From an uncultured Acidobacteriota bacterium (GTDB lineage Bacteria > Acidobacteriota > Terriglobia > UBA7540), in contig CAVSSA010000012.1 of the NCBI GenBank assembly GCA_963730515.1, forward strand, positions 111,797-175,796: a stretch of DNA of 64,000 nucleotides, written 5' to 3'. The position numbers were made by a program, and so were the translations under genes. Under the pieces are notes generated by a model that was not told the origin of the DNA, did no database searches, and saw nothing but the letters and a program-made list of their open reading frames with translations. Within the stretch, counting starts at the first letter, position 1, and every line of letters starts with the position of its first letter. Shown in pieces: positions 18,549 to 28,990 of the stretch.

Positions 18549-20570
18549 ATGGAAACGAACCAACCCCTGGAGCCGAAGGAACCCTCGCTGGAAGTGTCCT
18601 GGGCCTCCATCGACCGCCGAGACTGGCAACTCTGGCTGCTTTCCTTTCTGCTCATCATTGTGCTGGGCGTGGGCATCCTCAGCCTCATGTTTCCGGTCTC
18701 CTTCTGGGAGCGAGGAGGTTTTCTCCGATCTCCGGACCGGCCTTTTTATGGACTCTCCCTGTTGCTGGCCTTGACTCTGACCTACCTGCATCAGAAGCAG
18801 TCCCGGCTGCGCGATCTGAAGCGCAAGCAATGGGAGAGGAAGCTCGTACACTCGGCTTTCCACGATTCCTTGACCGACCTGCCCAACCGCGCCTTGTTCC
18901 TGGACCGGCTGCGGCAGTGCTTGTGGCGCGCCAAACGCCATCCCGATTATTTGTTTGCCGTCCTCTATATGGATCTCGACCGGTTTAAGATGATCAACGA
19001 CAGCATGGGTCATCTGCTTGGGGATCAAATGCTGGTGCAGGTCGGACGAAGGCTGCAATCATCCCTGCGCGTTTCGGATACGGTGGCGCGACTGGGGGGA
19101 GACGAGTTCGCAATTCTCCTGGACGATGTCCGGGATGTCACCGATGTGCCCCGGGCGGTCGACCGGGTTCGAAGCCAATTTCTGTCGCCGTTGAACCTGG
19201 ACGGGCGTGATGTGTTCACGAGCACCAGCATCGGGATTGCGCTCAGTTCCACCGGCTACCAGCAGGCCGAAGACCTTTTGCGCGATGCCGACACCGCCAT
19301 GTATCGCGCCAAAGCGCTGGGCGAAGGCCGGCATGAGGTCTTTGACATTTCCATGCACGAGCGGGCGGTAAGGCTGCTCAAAATAGAAACCGATTTGCGG
19401 TGGGCCATCGAGCGCAAGGAACTGCGCCTCTATTACCAGCCTATCATGTCCCTGCACACCGGGCTGCTCACCGGATTCGAGGCTCTGGTGCGCTGGCAGC
19501 ACCCGGACTTTGGGCTGCTTTCCCCCGCGGAGTTCATTCCGGTGGCGGAAAAGTCCTCACTCATTATTTCCCTCACGCAATTGGTGCTTCAGGAGGCGTG
19601 TTCGCAGGCGCGAATCTGGAAATCGCAGTTCCCTGGGGATTTCCCATTCAGCATCAGCGTGAATTTGCCTGCCAAATATCTGGCGAAACCGGATCTGTTG
19701 CAGGAAATCAGCGGCCTGATTGCGGAACACCAACTCTCCCCGGACTCATTGCGATTGGAGATCACGGAAAGCGAAATCATGGGAGATCCCGCGGCCGTTT
19801 CCAGGGCCCTCTCCGATCTCAACGATATCGGAGTGAAGACCTCCATCGACGATTTCGGCACCGGATATTCCTCCTTAAGCTACCTGGCCAAGCTTCCGGT
19901 TCATGCCCTCAAAATCGACCGGGATTTTGTCTCCCGGTTGGACGCCGATGAGCGAAACTTGACGATAGTGCGTTCGGTTGTGGCGCTCGCCCATAACCTG
20001 GGACTGCAAGTGATCGCGGAAGGCGTGGAGACGCCCCACCAGCTCCAATACCTGAAAGGGCTGAAGTGCCAGTTCGGCCAAGGGTACCTGTTTTCTCCCG
20101 CCTGCGACAGCGAACTTGCCACCCAGTTCATCACGGCATGGTCCGGAAGCGGCGATGAGAAGAAGCTGGAGATCGCGAAGCTCCGGGCATTTGAACTGTT
20201 TGCGGGTCTCGATGACGACTCACTTGCGGATGTTGCCAAAATTTGCGAGGAAATTACGGTCGCGGCGGGCCAGGTGGTTATCCATCAAGACATGGTGGGA
20301 GACACCGTTTACCTGATGCTGGAGGGTTCGGCGGGAATTTACCGGGGTGACAGCGATCCGCCCCGCTACCTGGCAGTGCTCCAGGCGCCCACTGTGGTCG
20401 GCGAGATGGCAGTCATCAACCAGGGGCATATTCGCACTGCCAACGTTAAAGCGATGAGCAACATGCGCCTTCTGGCCATTCCCATTCCCTTACTCGATCC
20501 CCTCTTGCGCCGCATCCCCCGGCTCCGGGAGAATTTGCAGAATCTGGTGGCCGAGCGCATGGTTGGATAA
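18549..20570 (+). CDS. Membrane-anchored GGDEF-EAL protein with a C-terminal cyclic-nucleotide-binding domain
   Basis: GGDEF domain (DSLTDLPNR ... RLGGDEFAILL), EAL domain (LYYQPI ... FEALVRW ... DDFGTGYSSLSYL ... EGVE), then a cNMP-binding-like beta-roll (FAGLDDDSLADVAKI ... VVGEMAVINQGHIRTANV). Start chosen at the ATG at 18549. Confidence 0.85.
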   Translation: METNQPLEPKEPSLEVSWASIDRRDWQLWLLSFLLIIVLGVGILSLMFPVSFWERGGFLRSPDRPFYGLSLLLALTLTYLHQKQSRLRDLKRKQWERKLVHSAFHDSLTDLPNRALFLDRLRQCLWRAKRHPDYLFAVLYMDLDRFKMINDSMGHLLGDQMLVQVGRRLQSSLRVSDTVARLGGDEFAILLDDVRDVTDVPRAVDRVRSQFLSPLNLDGRDVFTSTSIGIALSSTGYQQAEDLLRDADTAMYRAKALGEGRHEVFDISMHERAVRLLKIETDLRWAIERKELRLYYQPIMSLHTGLLTGFEALVRWQHPDFGLLSPAEFIPVAEKSSLIISLTQLVLQEACSQARIWKSQFPGDFPFSISVNLPAKYLAKPDLLQEISGLIAEHQLSPDSLRLEITESEIMGDPAAVSRALSDLNDIGVKTSIDDFGTGYSSLSYLAKLPVHALKIDRDFVSRLDADERNLTIVRSVVALAHNLGLQVIAEGVETPHQLQYLKGLKCQFGQGYLFSPACDSELATQFITAWSGSGDEKKLEIAKLRAFELFAGLDDDSLADVAKICEEITVAAGQVVIHQDMVGDTVYLMLEGSAGIYRGDSDPPRYLAVLQAPTVVGEMAVINQGHIRTANVKAMSNMRLLAIPIPLLDPLLRRIPRLRENLQNLVAERMVG

Positions 20571-20983
20571 AATCGGAGAGGAGGGAGAAACTCCAACTCC
20601 GCAGGGCACCGCCTGGGGAAGGGCGCAATCGAGATCGGAAGCAGGGGCAGGCAAACCCTTCTTCCCCCCTTGTGCATCAATAGTAGTAGTGGTCCAATAT
20701 AGGGTTACGCTGGGGCATCAAGGAGCTGCGGGGAGAAATGTCGAGTGAGGAGATTGACCAGCCACCTGCCTTGATGACATATCGAGTTGAATTCCGTCTA
20801 AGAACTCAGGGGCTTGGTTCAAAGATGCCCGGGAATAATCATGGGGCGAGCTGACATGATGGTGGCGGGCTTTCATGACGCGCCGGGAATATCTCATCCG
20901 GCGCGAATGCAACGACCGGTATAACACCTGGCAAGGCCAAGCGGCGACGAGACTGGACCGGCCGCCTCAAGGAGGAAGATTCC

Positions 20984-22504
20984 ATGCGATTTAACAAGCG
21001 GTTTTTGCGGGAAAACCTGGGGGGATTAAGCCTGACCTTGATCGGGATCATGACCCTGGGGTTGTCGATGATGCTCTATCAGGGGCACCACCAGTTTCCG
21101 GATTTCGCCCTGGCCCAAGACAAGGGGTTGGATGGGCCCGATATCGACGTATTGGAGCGGCAGAACCGCGCGTACGAAGAGATTGCCAAGACCGTTACCC
21201 CCGCCATTGTGGCGATCCAGTCTACTCAGGTTATTAAGGTGCAGCAATCCCCATTCATGAACGATCCGTTTTTCCGCCAGTTTTTTGGGAACATTTTCCC
21301 CCAGGTTCCGCGCGAGCAGCGTGAACACGCGCTGGGGAGCGGCGTGATTGTGTCGCCCGAGGGATACATTGTGACCAACAATCACGTGATCGCCAAGGCG
21401 GCGGAAATATCCGTGACGCTCTACGACAAGCGGACGTTTAAGGGCAAAGTGGTGGGGGCGGATCCCCAAACTGACGTCGCGGTCATCAAGATCGACGGCA
21501 CGAACCTGCCCACCGCGCCCTTTGGCGATTCCGACCGTCTCAAGGTCGGGGACACGGTCATGGCGTTTGGGAATCCCTTTGGCCAGTACTTCACCGTGAC
21601 CCGCGGCAGCGTGAGCGCCTTGGGCCGTTCCGGGGGAGAGATTGAAGAGCTGCAGAACTTCATCCAGACCGATGCCGCCATCAACCCCGGAAACTCCGGC
21701 GGAGCGCTGGTAAACGTGCACGGCCAGGTGGTGGGCATCAACACCGCCATCCTGAGCGGTAATTCCGGCCCCGGCGGTGAAGGCGGGTCCGTGGGTATCG
21801 GATTTGCCATTCCCTCCAACATGGCCAAGCACGTGATGGAAGACCTGGTGAAGACCGGAAAGGTGAGCCGCGGATTCCTGGGGGTTTCGATCCGGGACCT
21901 GGATGAAGGTCTGGCCAAGCAGTTCAAGGTGCCGGACACAGGGGGCGCCCTGGTCGAGGACGTGACCCCGGGCGGGCCTGCTGATAAGGCGGGGCTCAAG
22001 AACGGCGACGTCATCCGCAAACTCAACGGCATGCCCATTTCCGATGCCGGACAGTTGACGGCCCAGGTGACCAACCTCAACCCCGGCTCGGTCTCCACGC
22101 TGGACATCCTGCGTGACGGCCAGCCGCAGTCTCTCAAGGTGACGCTCGGCGAGCGGCCTGCCGACCTCAGTACCCACGCCGGTGGCGGTGGAGGCGTGGA
22201 GGAGGGCACCCTTCGCGGCATCGCGGTGGAGAACCTCACTCCGCAAATCCGCGATCAGGCCGGCATCCCCGCCAATGTTTCGGGAGTGATAATTGCCCAG
22301 CTTGATCCCAACAGCCCGGCTGCTCAATACGGTCTGCAGGAGGGCGATGTGATCGAAAGCATCAATCGTCAGCCGGTGCGCAGCGTCGGGGACTACAACC
22401 GTTTGGCTGCCAAGGCCAAAGGCCAGACGCTCCTGCGCATCAACCGTCAGGGCAATGGCGTCTACGTGGTCATCTCCCCTGACGAAGGCGGTGACAGCCA
22501 GTAA
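20984..22504 (+). CDS. degP: Do/DegP/HtrA-family serine protease with two PDZ domains
   Basis: Catalytic motifs TNNHV, D..V.K and GNSGGAL, followed by two PDZ-like segments. AAGGAGGA Shine-Dalgarno. Confidence 0.9.
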   Translation: MRFNKRFLRENLGGLSLTLIGIMTLGLSMMLYQGHHQFPDFALAQDKGLDGPDIDVLERQNRAYEEIAKTVTPAIVAIQSTQVIKVQQSPFMNDPFFRQFFGNIFPQVPREQREHALGSGVIVSPEGYIVTNNHVIAKAAEISVTLYDKRTFKGKVVGADPQTDVAVIKIDGTNLPTAPFGDSDRLKVGDTVMAFGNPFGQYFTVTRGSVSALGRSGGEIEELQNFIQTDAAINPGNSGGALVNVHGQVVGINTAILSGNSGPGGEGGSVGIGFAIPSNMAKHVMEDLVKTGKVSRGFLGVSIRDLDEGLAKQFKVPDTGGALVEDVTPGGPADKAGLKNGDVIRKLNGMPISDAGQLTAQVTNLNPGSVSTLDILRDGQPQSLKVTLGERPADLSTHAGGGGGVEEGTLRGIAVENLTPQIRDQAGIPANVSGVIIAQLDPNSPAAQYGLQEGDVIESINRQPVRSVGDYNRLAAKAKGQTLLRINRQGNGVYVVISPDEGGDSQ

Positions 22505-22511
22505 ACCCGGC

Positions 22512-22590
22512 GCTGGGGCTGGGTTCTGGGTGCTGGAAATTCCGAGATTCGGCTCAGCACCCAATCCCAGCACCTGGCACCCAACACCCC
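22512..22590. repeat. Inverted heptamer arrays (CTGGGNT type) after degP
   Basis: GCTGGGGCTGGGTTCTGGGTGCTGG (22512-36), an 18-nt loop, then CAGCACCCAATCCCAGCACCTGGCACCCAACACCCC (22555-90). Confidence 0.75.
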
Positions 22591-22598
22591 GCAAGCAG

Positions 22599-23462
22599 AT
22601 GGCGATCGGCCCAAAGGTGAAAAGGCTCTTGACGATTGTTCTAATGGCCGGCGCGACCGCAATCCTGCTTGTTGTGGTCACCGTCCGGCTTATTGAGAAT
22701 CACCTGATCTACTTTCCTCCCCGCTATCCGGCCGGCTTCCCTCCGGCGGCAACCTACGAAGGCGAAGTTGAAGACGTCTGGTTGCAGACCACGGACGGGG
22801 TCAAAATCAACGCCTTCTATCGTGCCCACCCCGCCTCCCGACAAGTCCTCCTGTGGTTTCACGGCAACGCCGAAAACATTGGCTCCGGCCTTGATCAGCA
22901 GCGGGCGCTCTCGCGGATCGGGGTCAACATCCTGGCGGTCGATTATCGTGGCTACGGAAAAAGCGAGGGCCGGCCTGATGAAGCGGGCGTTTACCAGGAT
23001 GCCGACGCGGCCTATGACTATCTCGTGGAACAGCGCCATTTTCGCACCCAAGACATCATCGTCTATGGGCATTCGCTGGGTGGCGCGGTGGCGATAAACC
23101 TGGCGGCGCGGCGGCCCTGTGGCGGGCTGATCGTGCAGAGTTCCTTCACCTGCGCGCGGGACATGGCCCGGCGGATGTTGGCTCTTCCCTTCATCGAGTA
23201 TGTGGTGAAATCGCGCTTCGACTCGCTCCAGAAAATTGGCGAAGTGCGCGCGCCGGTGCTGATTGTCCACGGCACTCGGGATGAAGTGGTGCCCTTCGCC
23301 ATGGGACAGAAACTCTTTGCCGCGGCGCCCGAGCCCAAGCGCTTCTTCCCCATCGAGGGGGCGGGCCACAACAATCTGCTGGAAGTGGGGGGAGAGCGCT
23401 ACCTGGCTTGCTTTAAGGAATTCATAGATGATATATCAACTAATACAAAGTTGCATTCATAA
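22599..23462 (+). CDS. Alpha/beta hydrolase (BEM46/ABHD13-like)
   Basis: WFHGNAENIG, nucleophile elbow GHSLGG, HGTRDEVVP and GAGHNN. Start moved to the ATG at 22599 because the upstream part of the track ORF overlaps degP and a heptamer hairpin. The last 9 codons lie inside the IS630 end. Confidence 0.8.
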   Translation: MAIGPKVKRLLTIVLMAGATAILLVVVTVRLIENHLIYFPPRYPAGFPPAATYEGEVEDVWLQTTDGVKINAFYRAHPASRQVLLWFHGNAENIGSGLDQQRALSRIGVNILAVDYRGYGKSEGRPDEAGVYQDADAAYDYLVEQRHFRTQDIIVYGHSLGGAVAINLAARRPCGGLIVQSSFTCARDMARRMLALPFIEYVVKSRFDSLQKIGEVRAPVLIVHGTRDEVVPFAMGQKLFAAAPEPKRFFPIEGAGHNNLLEVGGERYLACFKEFIDDISTNTKLHS

Positions 23463-24592
23463 AGATACTAATATAAACTCCTTCCGATTATTTTTACGCG
23501 GAGGGAGAAATGCGACCACCTCGACCTTTTCCAGAAGGAACGCTCGAGCGGTTACAACAGGGGTTGAAGGAAGCGCGCAACAAGGCCGAATTTCAGCGGG
23601 TGCAGTGTTTGTGGCTGCGAGCGGCGTTGGGGTTAAACGCCAATCAAGTTGCCCAAGCCCTGGGATGGCGACCGACCTCGGTGCGGCGTCTGCAGGCCCA
23701 ATACTGGCGGCAAGGCGAAGCGCTCTGGCAGCGCCGGGGGCGCGGAGGGCGACGCCACCAGAACCTGCCTGTGGCGGAAGAGGCCCAACTGTTGGCAGGA
23801 TTTCTGCAGCGCGCCGAACGCGGTGGGTTGTTGGAGGTGAGCCGGGTGCAACAGGCCTATGAACAGGCGGTGGGCCATGCCGTGCCGAAATCGACGGTTT
23901 ACCGCATGCTGGCCCGGCACGGCTGGCGCAAGTTAGCTCCGCGGCCTCGCCATCCCCAGGCCGACCTCGCCCGCCAACAGACTTTTAAAAAAACTCCCCG
24001 CGACCGTTGAGGAGCATCGCCTCGCCGGGCGATCCCTGCGCTTGATGTTCCAGGATGAGGCGCGGTTTGGACGCATCAATGATCCCCGGCGCTGCTGGGC
24101 GCCGCGCGGCGTGCGTCCCCAGGTCTGCGCCCGCATCGTGCGCGAGTACACCTATGTTTTCGCCGCCGTCAGCCCGCATGACGGTACGCTCGATACCTTG
24201 GTCCTACCCGAGGTGAATGCCCTGACGATGTCCTTGTTCCTGGCCGAAGTCGCCCGGCGTCACCCCCAGGAATTCATCCTGATGGTGCTGGACGGTGCGG
24301 GGTGGCACCGCGCCAAGGATTTGCAGATCCCGGAGAATATGCGGTTGCTCCCCTTGCCGCCCTACAGTCCGCAGCTCAACCCGGTGGAGCATGTCTGGGA
24401 GGATATCCGGGAAAAGTGGTTCCCCAACCTTGTCTTCGACAGCCTGCGGGCGGTGGAGGATCGTTTGGTTGAAGCGCTGGCGAGTCTTGAAAATGACCCG
24501 CAACGAGTGGCCCGAGTCGCCGGATTCGATTGGATCATTAGTATTCCGATGAAGGCTAATTAGTATAAATAGTGCTGTTATCAGACAGTTGA
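23436..24592 (+). mobile_element. IS630-family insertion sequence (about 1.16 kb) flanked by TA
   Basis: Transposase frames 23510..24563. Outer ends are TCAACT.../...AGTTGA, with TA at 23434-35 and 24593-94. A second inverted match, TACTAAT/ATTAGTA, sits at 23466 and 24565, so the boundary is uncertain by about 30 bp. Confidence 0.7.
23510..24563 (+). CDS. IS630-family transposase encoded in two frames that meet at a T4A7 run
   Basis: orfA (23510..24010) has the HTH/winged-helix part. The second frame is open from about 23979 and carries LMFQDEARFG ... DGAGWH ... LPPYSPQLNPVEHVW (DDE). The frames fuse if A7 (23987-23993) is read as A6. Confidence 0.85.
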
Positions 24593-24717
24593 TAGACCGG
24601 GAAGTGTCTATTGAGCTCGGCAGGTAACCCCGACCGTGCCACTCAACTTTGCAGGGATTCGCAGGGTGAATGGCCTTTATTCACCCGATCGTCGGATCAC
24701 CCGATGATCCACTTTCA

Positions 24718-25260
24718 TCACATCAGCAATCCGCTGAGGGTGATGATCAGGCCCGCCGCTCCCATCAGAATTCCCAGTTGCCAGAATTCCCGCCGCTTGG
24801 TCAGCAGAGTCAGGGAGGCGATGACAATGGCGGCGTCCAGGCACACCTCGCCGAGGTCGAAGCGATTGGCCCGGCGCTGCGCCCCGGCCACCTCGCCCTC
24901 CAGCCCTTTAGCCTCCTTGTCAATTTCCTGAAGGTCATCCTTGTAATGGGCCACGCCCTCGGTGTACTTCTCCTTCATCGCTTCGGCTTGTGCGGGGTCC
25001 TTGGCGGGGGTGACGGCGAGGAGATCCAGGAACATCTCATAGCCATGCAGCCGGATATTCTTGGCCTGATAATAGGCCCACTGGTCTGTTGCCCTGCTTT
25101 GCATGAGCAGTTCTTCCGTGTGGGAGCGGTGCCCGAGCAGGGTAGTGGCGGCCAGCAGGACGGCCAGCACCGCCATCGTAAAGGTGACGGGAATGAGCGA
25201 AGGGTTGTGTGAGGCGTGTTCCGCGTGCTCTTCCATCTCGTGGAGTTCGTCGGCTTCCAT
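24718..25260 (-). CDS. DUF4337-family membrane protein
   Basis: 180 aa. His/Glu-rich N-terminus, a TM helix, a coiled region and a C-terminal TM helix. Overall pattern recalled as DUF4337. Confidence 0.6.
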   Translation of the reverse strand: MEADELHEMEEHAEHASHNPSLIPVTFTMAVLAVLLAATTLLGHRSHTEELLMQSRATDQWAYYQAKNIRLHGYEMFLDLLAVTPAKDPAQAEAMKEKYTEGVAHYKDDLQEIDKEAKGLEGEVAGAQRRANRFDLGEVCLDAAIVIASLTLLTKRREFWQLGILMGAAGLIITLSGLLM

Positions 25261-25325
25261 GGTTCCTCGCTGGCGCTGGTAGTTTAGCCTCGATGTTGCT
25301 AGGTTGAGGAGTCTGCGCCTAGATC

Positions 25326-25393
25326 GACCCCCTCACCCCCACAACAAGCAAAACGTGGGGCCCCCTGCCCGCCCCGGCTGCGGTCCACCGTCT
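25326..25393. repeat. Partial, diverged copy of the GC-rich element
   Basis: GACCCCCTCACCC ... CCCGCCCCGGCTG ... CGGTCCACCGTCT shares three blocks, in the same order, with 55298-55352. Located just downstream of the secA stop. Confidence 0.5.
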
Positions 25394-25421
25394 GTCGCCG
25401 CGGCGACCGAGGGTAGGAAAA

Positions 25422-28400
25422 TCAACCCAATGGTGCTTTGGCGCTCGCCGCAGGGTTTGTCGGCCCGCCGCCTTTAGGCACCCGAACTGCCGGCCCCGCG
25501 GCCTCAGGGCCTCCCGCTCCAGATCCCCGTGCTCCTGGCCCGGCAGCGCCCGGCCCGCCGGCTCCATGGCACTTCTTGAATTTCTTCCCGCTCCCGCAGG
25601 GGCAGGGATCGTTGCGCCCCACCTTTTCCCGCCGGATGACCTGTTTGGGCTTTTCCAAGGCCCCGCCGCCCACCATCTGCATTTCCCGCTGTTCGCGACG
25701 TTTGCGCATCTGGTATTGCCGGTCCATTTCCGCCGCTTCCTCGGGCGTGCGCATCAGGAAGAGGATGCGCAAGGTTTCGTCTTCCACGCGGTCCATCATG
25801 GCTTCGAACATCTCGAAGGATTCGCGCTTATACTCGACCAGGGGATCGTGCTGGCCGTATCCCCGCATGCCGATGCCTTCCTTCAGGTGATCCATGGCCA
25901 GCAGGTGATCCTTCCACTGGGTGTCCACCACCTGCAACATGGCCATGCGTTCGTGCAGCCGCATGACCTCGGGGGTCCACACCTGCTCACGATCATCGTA
26001 GTGCTTGTGCACCAGGTCTTCGAGCAGTTCAGTGAGCTCATCGAGGCGCTTGGGATCCAGGGGAAGCTCGACCTTGCGCAGGTCGATTCCGAACCTTCCC
26101 CAGAATTCGGTGCGCAGGCCGGTGATGTTCCACTGATCGCCGTGCTGGTCCTTGGGGCAGAATTTCTCCACCAGCCAGGCCATGGCGCGGTCGGCCGCCT
26201 CCATGACGAAGGCTTTCTGGTCGCTCCCTTCCAGCAATTGGCGGCGCAGACCGTACACGGTCTCGCGCTGTTTGTTCATCACATCGTCGTATTCCAGCAG
26301 GTGTTTGCGTTGTTCGAAGTTCTGCGCCTCCACGGCCTTCTGGGCGCTCTCGATGCGTTTCGAAATCAGGCGGGATTCAATGGGCACGCCTTCTTCCATG
26401 CCCAGCTTGTGCATGATGCTGGAAATGCGCTCGCCCGCGAAAATGCGCAGCAGGTCGTCTTCGAGCGACAGGTAGAACCGGGAAGAACCGGGATCGCCCT
26501 GGCGTCCGGCGCGCCCGCGCAACTGATTGTCGATGCGCCGGGCTTCATGCCGCTCGGTGCCGAGGATATGCAATCCCCCCAGCGCCACCACGTCGGCGTG
26601 CTCGGCGTCGGTCTCCGCCTTGAAGCGGCTGACGAAGTCCGACCACTGTTTTCTCCACTCCGCGTAAGCTTTTACATACTCGCCAAAGACATCGGTGCCG
26701 GAACCTTCCGGAGGCCGCTCGGGAGGCTCGGGGTTGATGCCCTGTTCGCGATACTTGTCGGGGGTGCGGCGGAATTCTTCGCGCGCCATGGTCTCGGGAT
26801 TCCCGCCCAGCAGGATGTCCGTGCCGCGGCCCGCCATGTTGGTGGAAACCGTAATGGCGCCTACCCGCCCCGCCTGGGCCACCACCAGCGCTTCGCGCTC
26901 GTGCTGCTTGGCGTTCAGCACGTTGTGCCGCACTTCCTTCATGCCCAGCACTTCCACCACCCGCGCCAGGCGGCAGCGATGCTCCGTCAGATAATCCAGC
27001 ATCGGGAGATATTTCGTGTCGGTATTATTGGCAATGGCAATAAGGTCGGGAAGAATGGATTCATCCACGGGGGGCAACCCGTCGAAGGGGTATCCCCGGG
27101 GCGCCCGCTTCTGCACCGCTTCCAGAAAAGCCTGGCGCGTGCCGTTCGTGTCGGTCGCGAGCGTCTGGTAGCGGCCCTGGCCGAGCAATTCCTTGATTGT
27201 GGATATCGCCACCCCCGCGCGCGCCAGCCACTCCAGCCCCGGATGGGGAACTTGCGCCAGACGCTCCAACCAGATTTTCAGTTTCGGGCCTTCGAGGCCC
27301 GCCTCTTTGGCAATCTCCAGCAGGCGGGCGGGCACGGCGCCGGCTTTCTTCAGCGCCACGCTGAGCCGCTCGGATTTTTCAATGGCGATGCTGCCCACCA
27401 GCACCGGCTGGCCGCACAGGTGATCCTCTTTGATTTCCTCAATCACCGCATTGAACTTCTCGCGCTCCGTGCGATAGACAACGTCGGGGTATTCGTGCCG
27501 GATCAGGAAGCGATTAGTGGGAACGATGACGATTTCCAGGTTGTAAATCTTCTCGAATTCCGCCGCTTCCGTTTCCGCCGTTCCGGTCATGCCCGCCAGT
27601 TTCTTGTACATGCGGAAATAGTTCTGGAAAGTGACCGTGGCCAGCGTCTGGTTTTCACTTTCGACCTTGACGCTTTCCTTGGCTTCCACCGCCTGGTGCA
27701 GGCCGTCACTCCAGCGCCGGCCGGGCATCAGGCGGCCGGTGAATTCATCCACAATGATGACCTCGCCGTCCTTCACCACGTAATCCCGGTCCAGTTTGAA
27801 GAGCGTATGGGCTTTCAGCGCCTGCTGGAAGTGGTGGTTAAACTCGATGTTGGCGGGATCATAGAGGTTCTCGATTCCCAGATACTTTTCCGCCTTGGCG
27901 ATTCCGGAATCGGTGGGTGTAACCTGGCGGTGTTTCTCATCGATTTCGTAGTCGTCTTTGTCGACCAGATGCGGGATGACCTTGTTGACACGGTCATACT
28001 TGTCGGTGGTTTCGTCGGAGGAGCCGGAGATGATCAGCGGGGTGCGCGCCTCGTCAATCAGGATGGAGTCCACTTCGTCCACGATCGCATAGTGATGGGG
28101 CCGCTGGACGTAGTCCTTGAGGTCGAACTTCATGTTGTCGCGCAGATAGTCAAAACCGAACTCGTTGTTGGTGCCGTAGGTGAGGTCGCAGCCGTAGGCG
28201 GCGCGACGCTCCTCGTCGCTCAGGTCGTGGACAATCACCCCCACGCTCATGCCCAGCAGGCGGTAAATCGGCCCCATCCAGGCGGCGTCGCGCTTGGCGA
28301 GGTAATCGTTGACGGTCACCAGGTGCACGCCCTTACCTTCAAGGGAGTTCAGATAAGCAGGCAGCGTGGCCACCAGCGTTTTGCCTTCGCCGGTCTTCAT

Positions 28401-28712
28401 TTCGGCGATCTTGCCTTCATGCAGCACCATGCCGCCAATCAGTTGCACGTCGAAGTGCCGCATGTTCAGAGTGCGGCGCCCCGCTTCGCGGCACAGCGCG
28501 AAAGCTTCCACCAGGATCTCGTCCAGCGCCGCCCCGCGCGCAATCCGTTCCTTGAGCCTGAGGGTGCGCAAGGGGAACTCGGCGTCCGGAAGCGCCTGCA
28601 TCTCCGGTTCGAGGGCGTTGATTTCCACCACTCGGTCGCCCAGGCGCTTCAACTCGCGCTCGTTCTTCGTTCCAAACACTTTGCCCAAAGCGAATTGTAG
28701 ATAATTTCCCAT
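25422..28712 (-). CDS. secA: Preprotein translocase ATPase SecA (1096 aa, with an insertion in NBD2 and a C-terminal tail)
   Basis: Colinear with E. coli Sec[19 protein letters not shown] (Walker A), [54 protein letters not shown] and the zinc motif [14 protein letters not shown]. Confidence 0.95.
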   Translation of the reverse strand: MGNYLQFALGKVFGTKNERELKRLGDRVVEINALEPEMQALPDAEFPLRTLRLKERIARGAALDEILVEAFALCREAGRRTLNMRHFDVQLIGGMVLHEGKIAEMKTGEGKTLVATLPAYLNSLEGKGVHLVTVNDYLAKRDAAWMGPIYRLLGMSVGVIVHDLSDEERRAAYGCDLTYGTNNEFGFDYLRDNMKFDLKDYVQRPHHYAIVDEVDSILIDEARTPLIISGSSDETTDKYDRVNKVIPHLVDKDDYEIDEKHRQVTPTDSGIAKAEKYLGIENLYDPANIEFNHHFQQALKAHTLFKLDRDYVVKDGEVIIVDEFTGRLMPGRRWSDGLHQAVEAKESVKVESENQTLATVTFQNYFRMYKKLAGMTGTAETEAAEFEKIYNLEIVIVPTNRFLIRHEYPDVVYRTEREKFNAVIEEIKEDHLCGQPVLVGSIAIEKSERLSVALKKAGAVPARLLEIAKEAGLEGPKLKIWLERLAQVPHPGLEWLARAGVAISTIKELLGQGRYQTLATDTNGTRQAFLEAVQKRAPRGYPFDGLPPVDESILPDLIAIANNTDTKYLPMLDYLTEHRCRLARVVEVLGMKEVRHNVLNAKQHEREALVVAQAGRVGAITVSTNMAGRGTDILLGGNPETMAREEFRRTPDKYREQGINPEPPERPPEGSGTDVFGEYVKAYAEWRKQWSDFVSRFKAETDAEHADVVALGGLHILGTERHEARRIDNQLRGRAGRQGDPGSSRFYLSLEDDLLRIFAGERISSIMHKLGMEEGVPIESRLISKRIESAQKAVEAQNFEQRKHLLEYDDVMNKQRETVYGLRRQLLEGSDQKAFVMEAADRAMAWLVEKFCPKDQHGDQWNITGLRTEFWGRFGIDLRKVELPLDPKRLDELTELLEDLVHKHYDDREQVWTPEVMRLHERMAMLQVVDTQWKDHLLAMDHLKEGIGMRGYGQHDPLVEYKRESFEMFEAMMDRVEDETLRILFLMRTPEEAAEMDRQYQMRKRREQREMQMVGGGALEKPKQVIRREKVGRNDPCPCGSGKKFKKCHGAGGPGAAGPGARGSGAGGPEAAGPAVRVPKGGGPTNPAASAKAPLG

Positions 28713-28811
28713 AGTGTAAAGAGAACTTCCCCGCTAACACTCCAACCTTCCCATTGTAAAGCCCCCTGTCCCCGTTGACAAGGAACGCGAAGGAATCCGG
28801 CCATCGGGCCA

Positions 28812-28990
28812 GTACGGATCGGATCATCGGTTCATCGGATCATTGAAAAGCCCTTTGCGGTCGATTGTCGTTTGCCATGGACTGTGGTGCCGGATTTGCC
28901 GTGCATCTCTGTCAACGGCCAATTGGCCACACACGACGGGATATGGGGTGCTTTTCAATGACCCGATGATCCGATGAGCCGATGGCCCAA
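28812..28990. repeat. Inverted heptamer arrays (CATCGGN type) in the secA 5' leader region
   Basis: The left arm ...GATCGGATCATCGGTTCATCGGATCATTGAAAAGC ends at 28851. The right arm GCTTTTCAATGACCCGATGATCCGATGAGCCGATGGCC starts at 28950. The loop is about 98 nt. Confidence 0.8.

Noticed and set aside
25566-28700. 1044-aa ORF on the plus strand opposite secA. Similar long antisense ORFs lie opposite other genes, e.g. 14766..16007, 21026..22681, 47011..48831, 57895..59370 and 59596..60984.
   Set aside because: They fully overlap genes with unmistakable family motifs and have Arg/Gly/His/Pro-rich, low-information translations. This is the usual stop-poor shadow frame of high-GC DNA.
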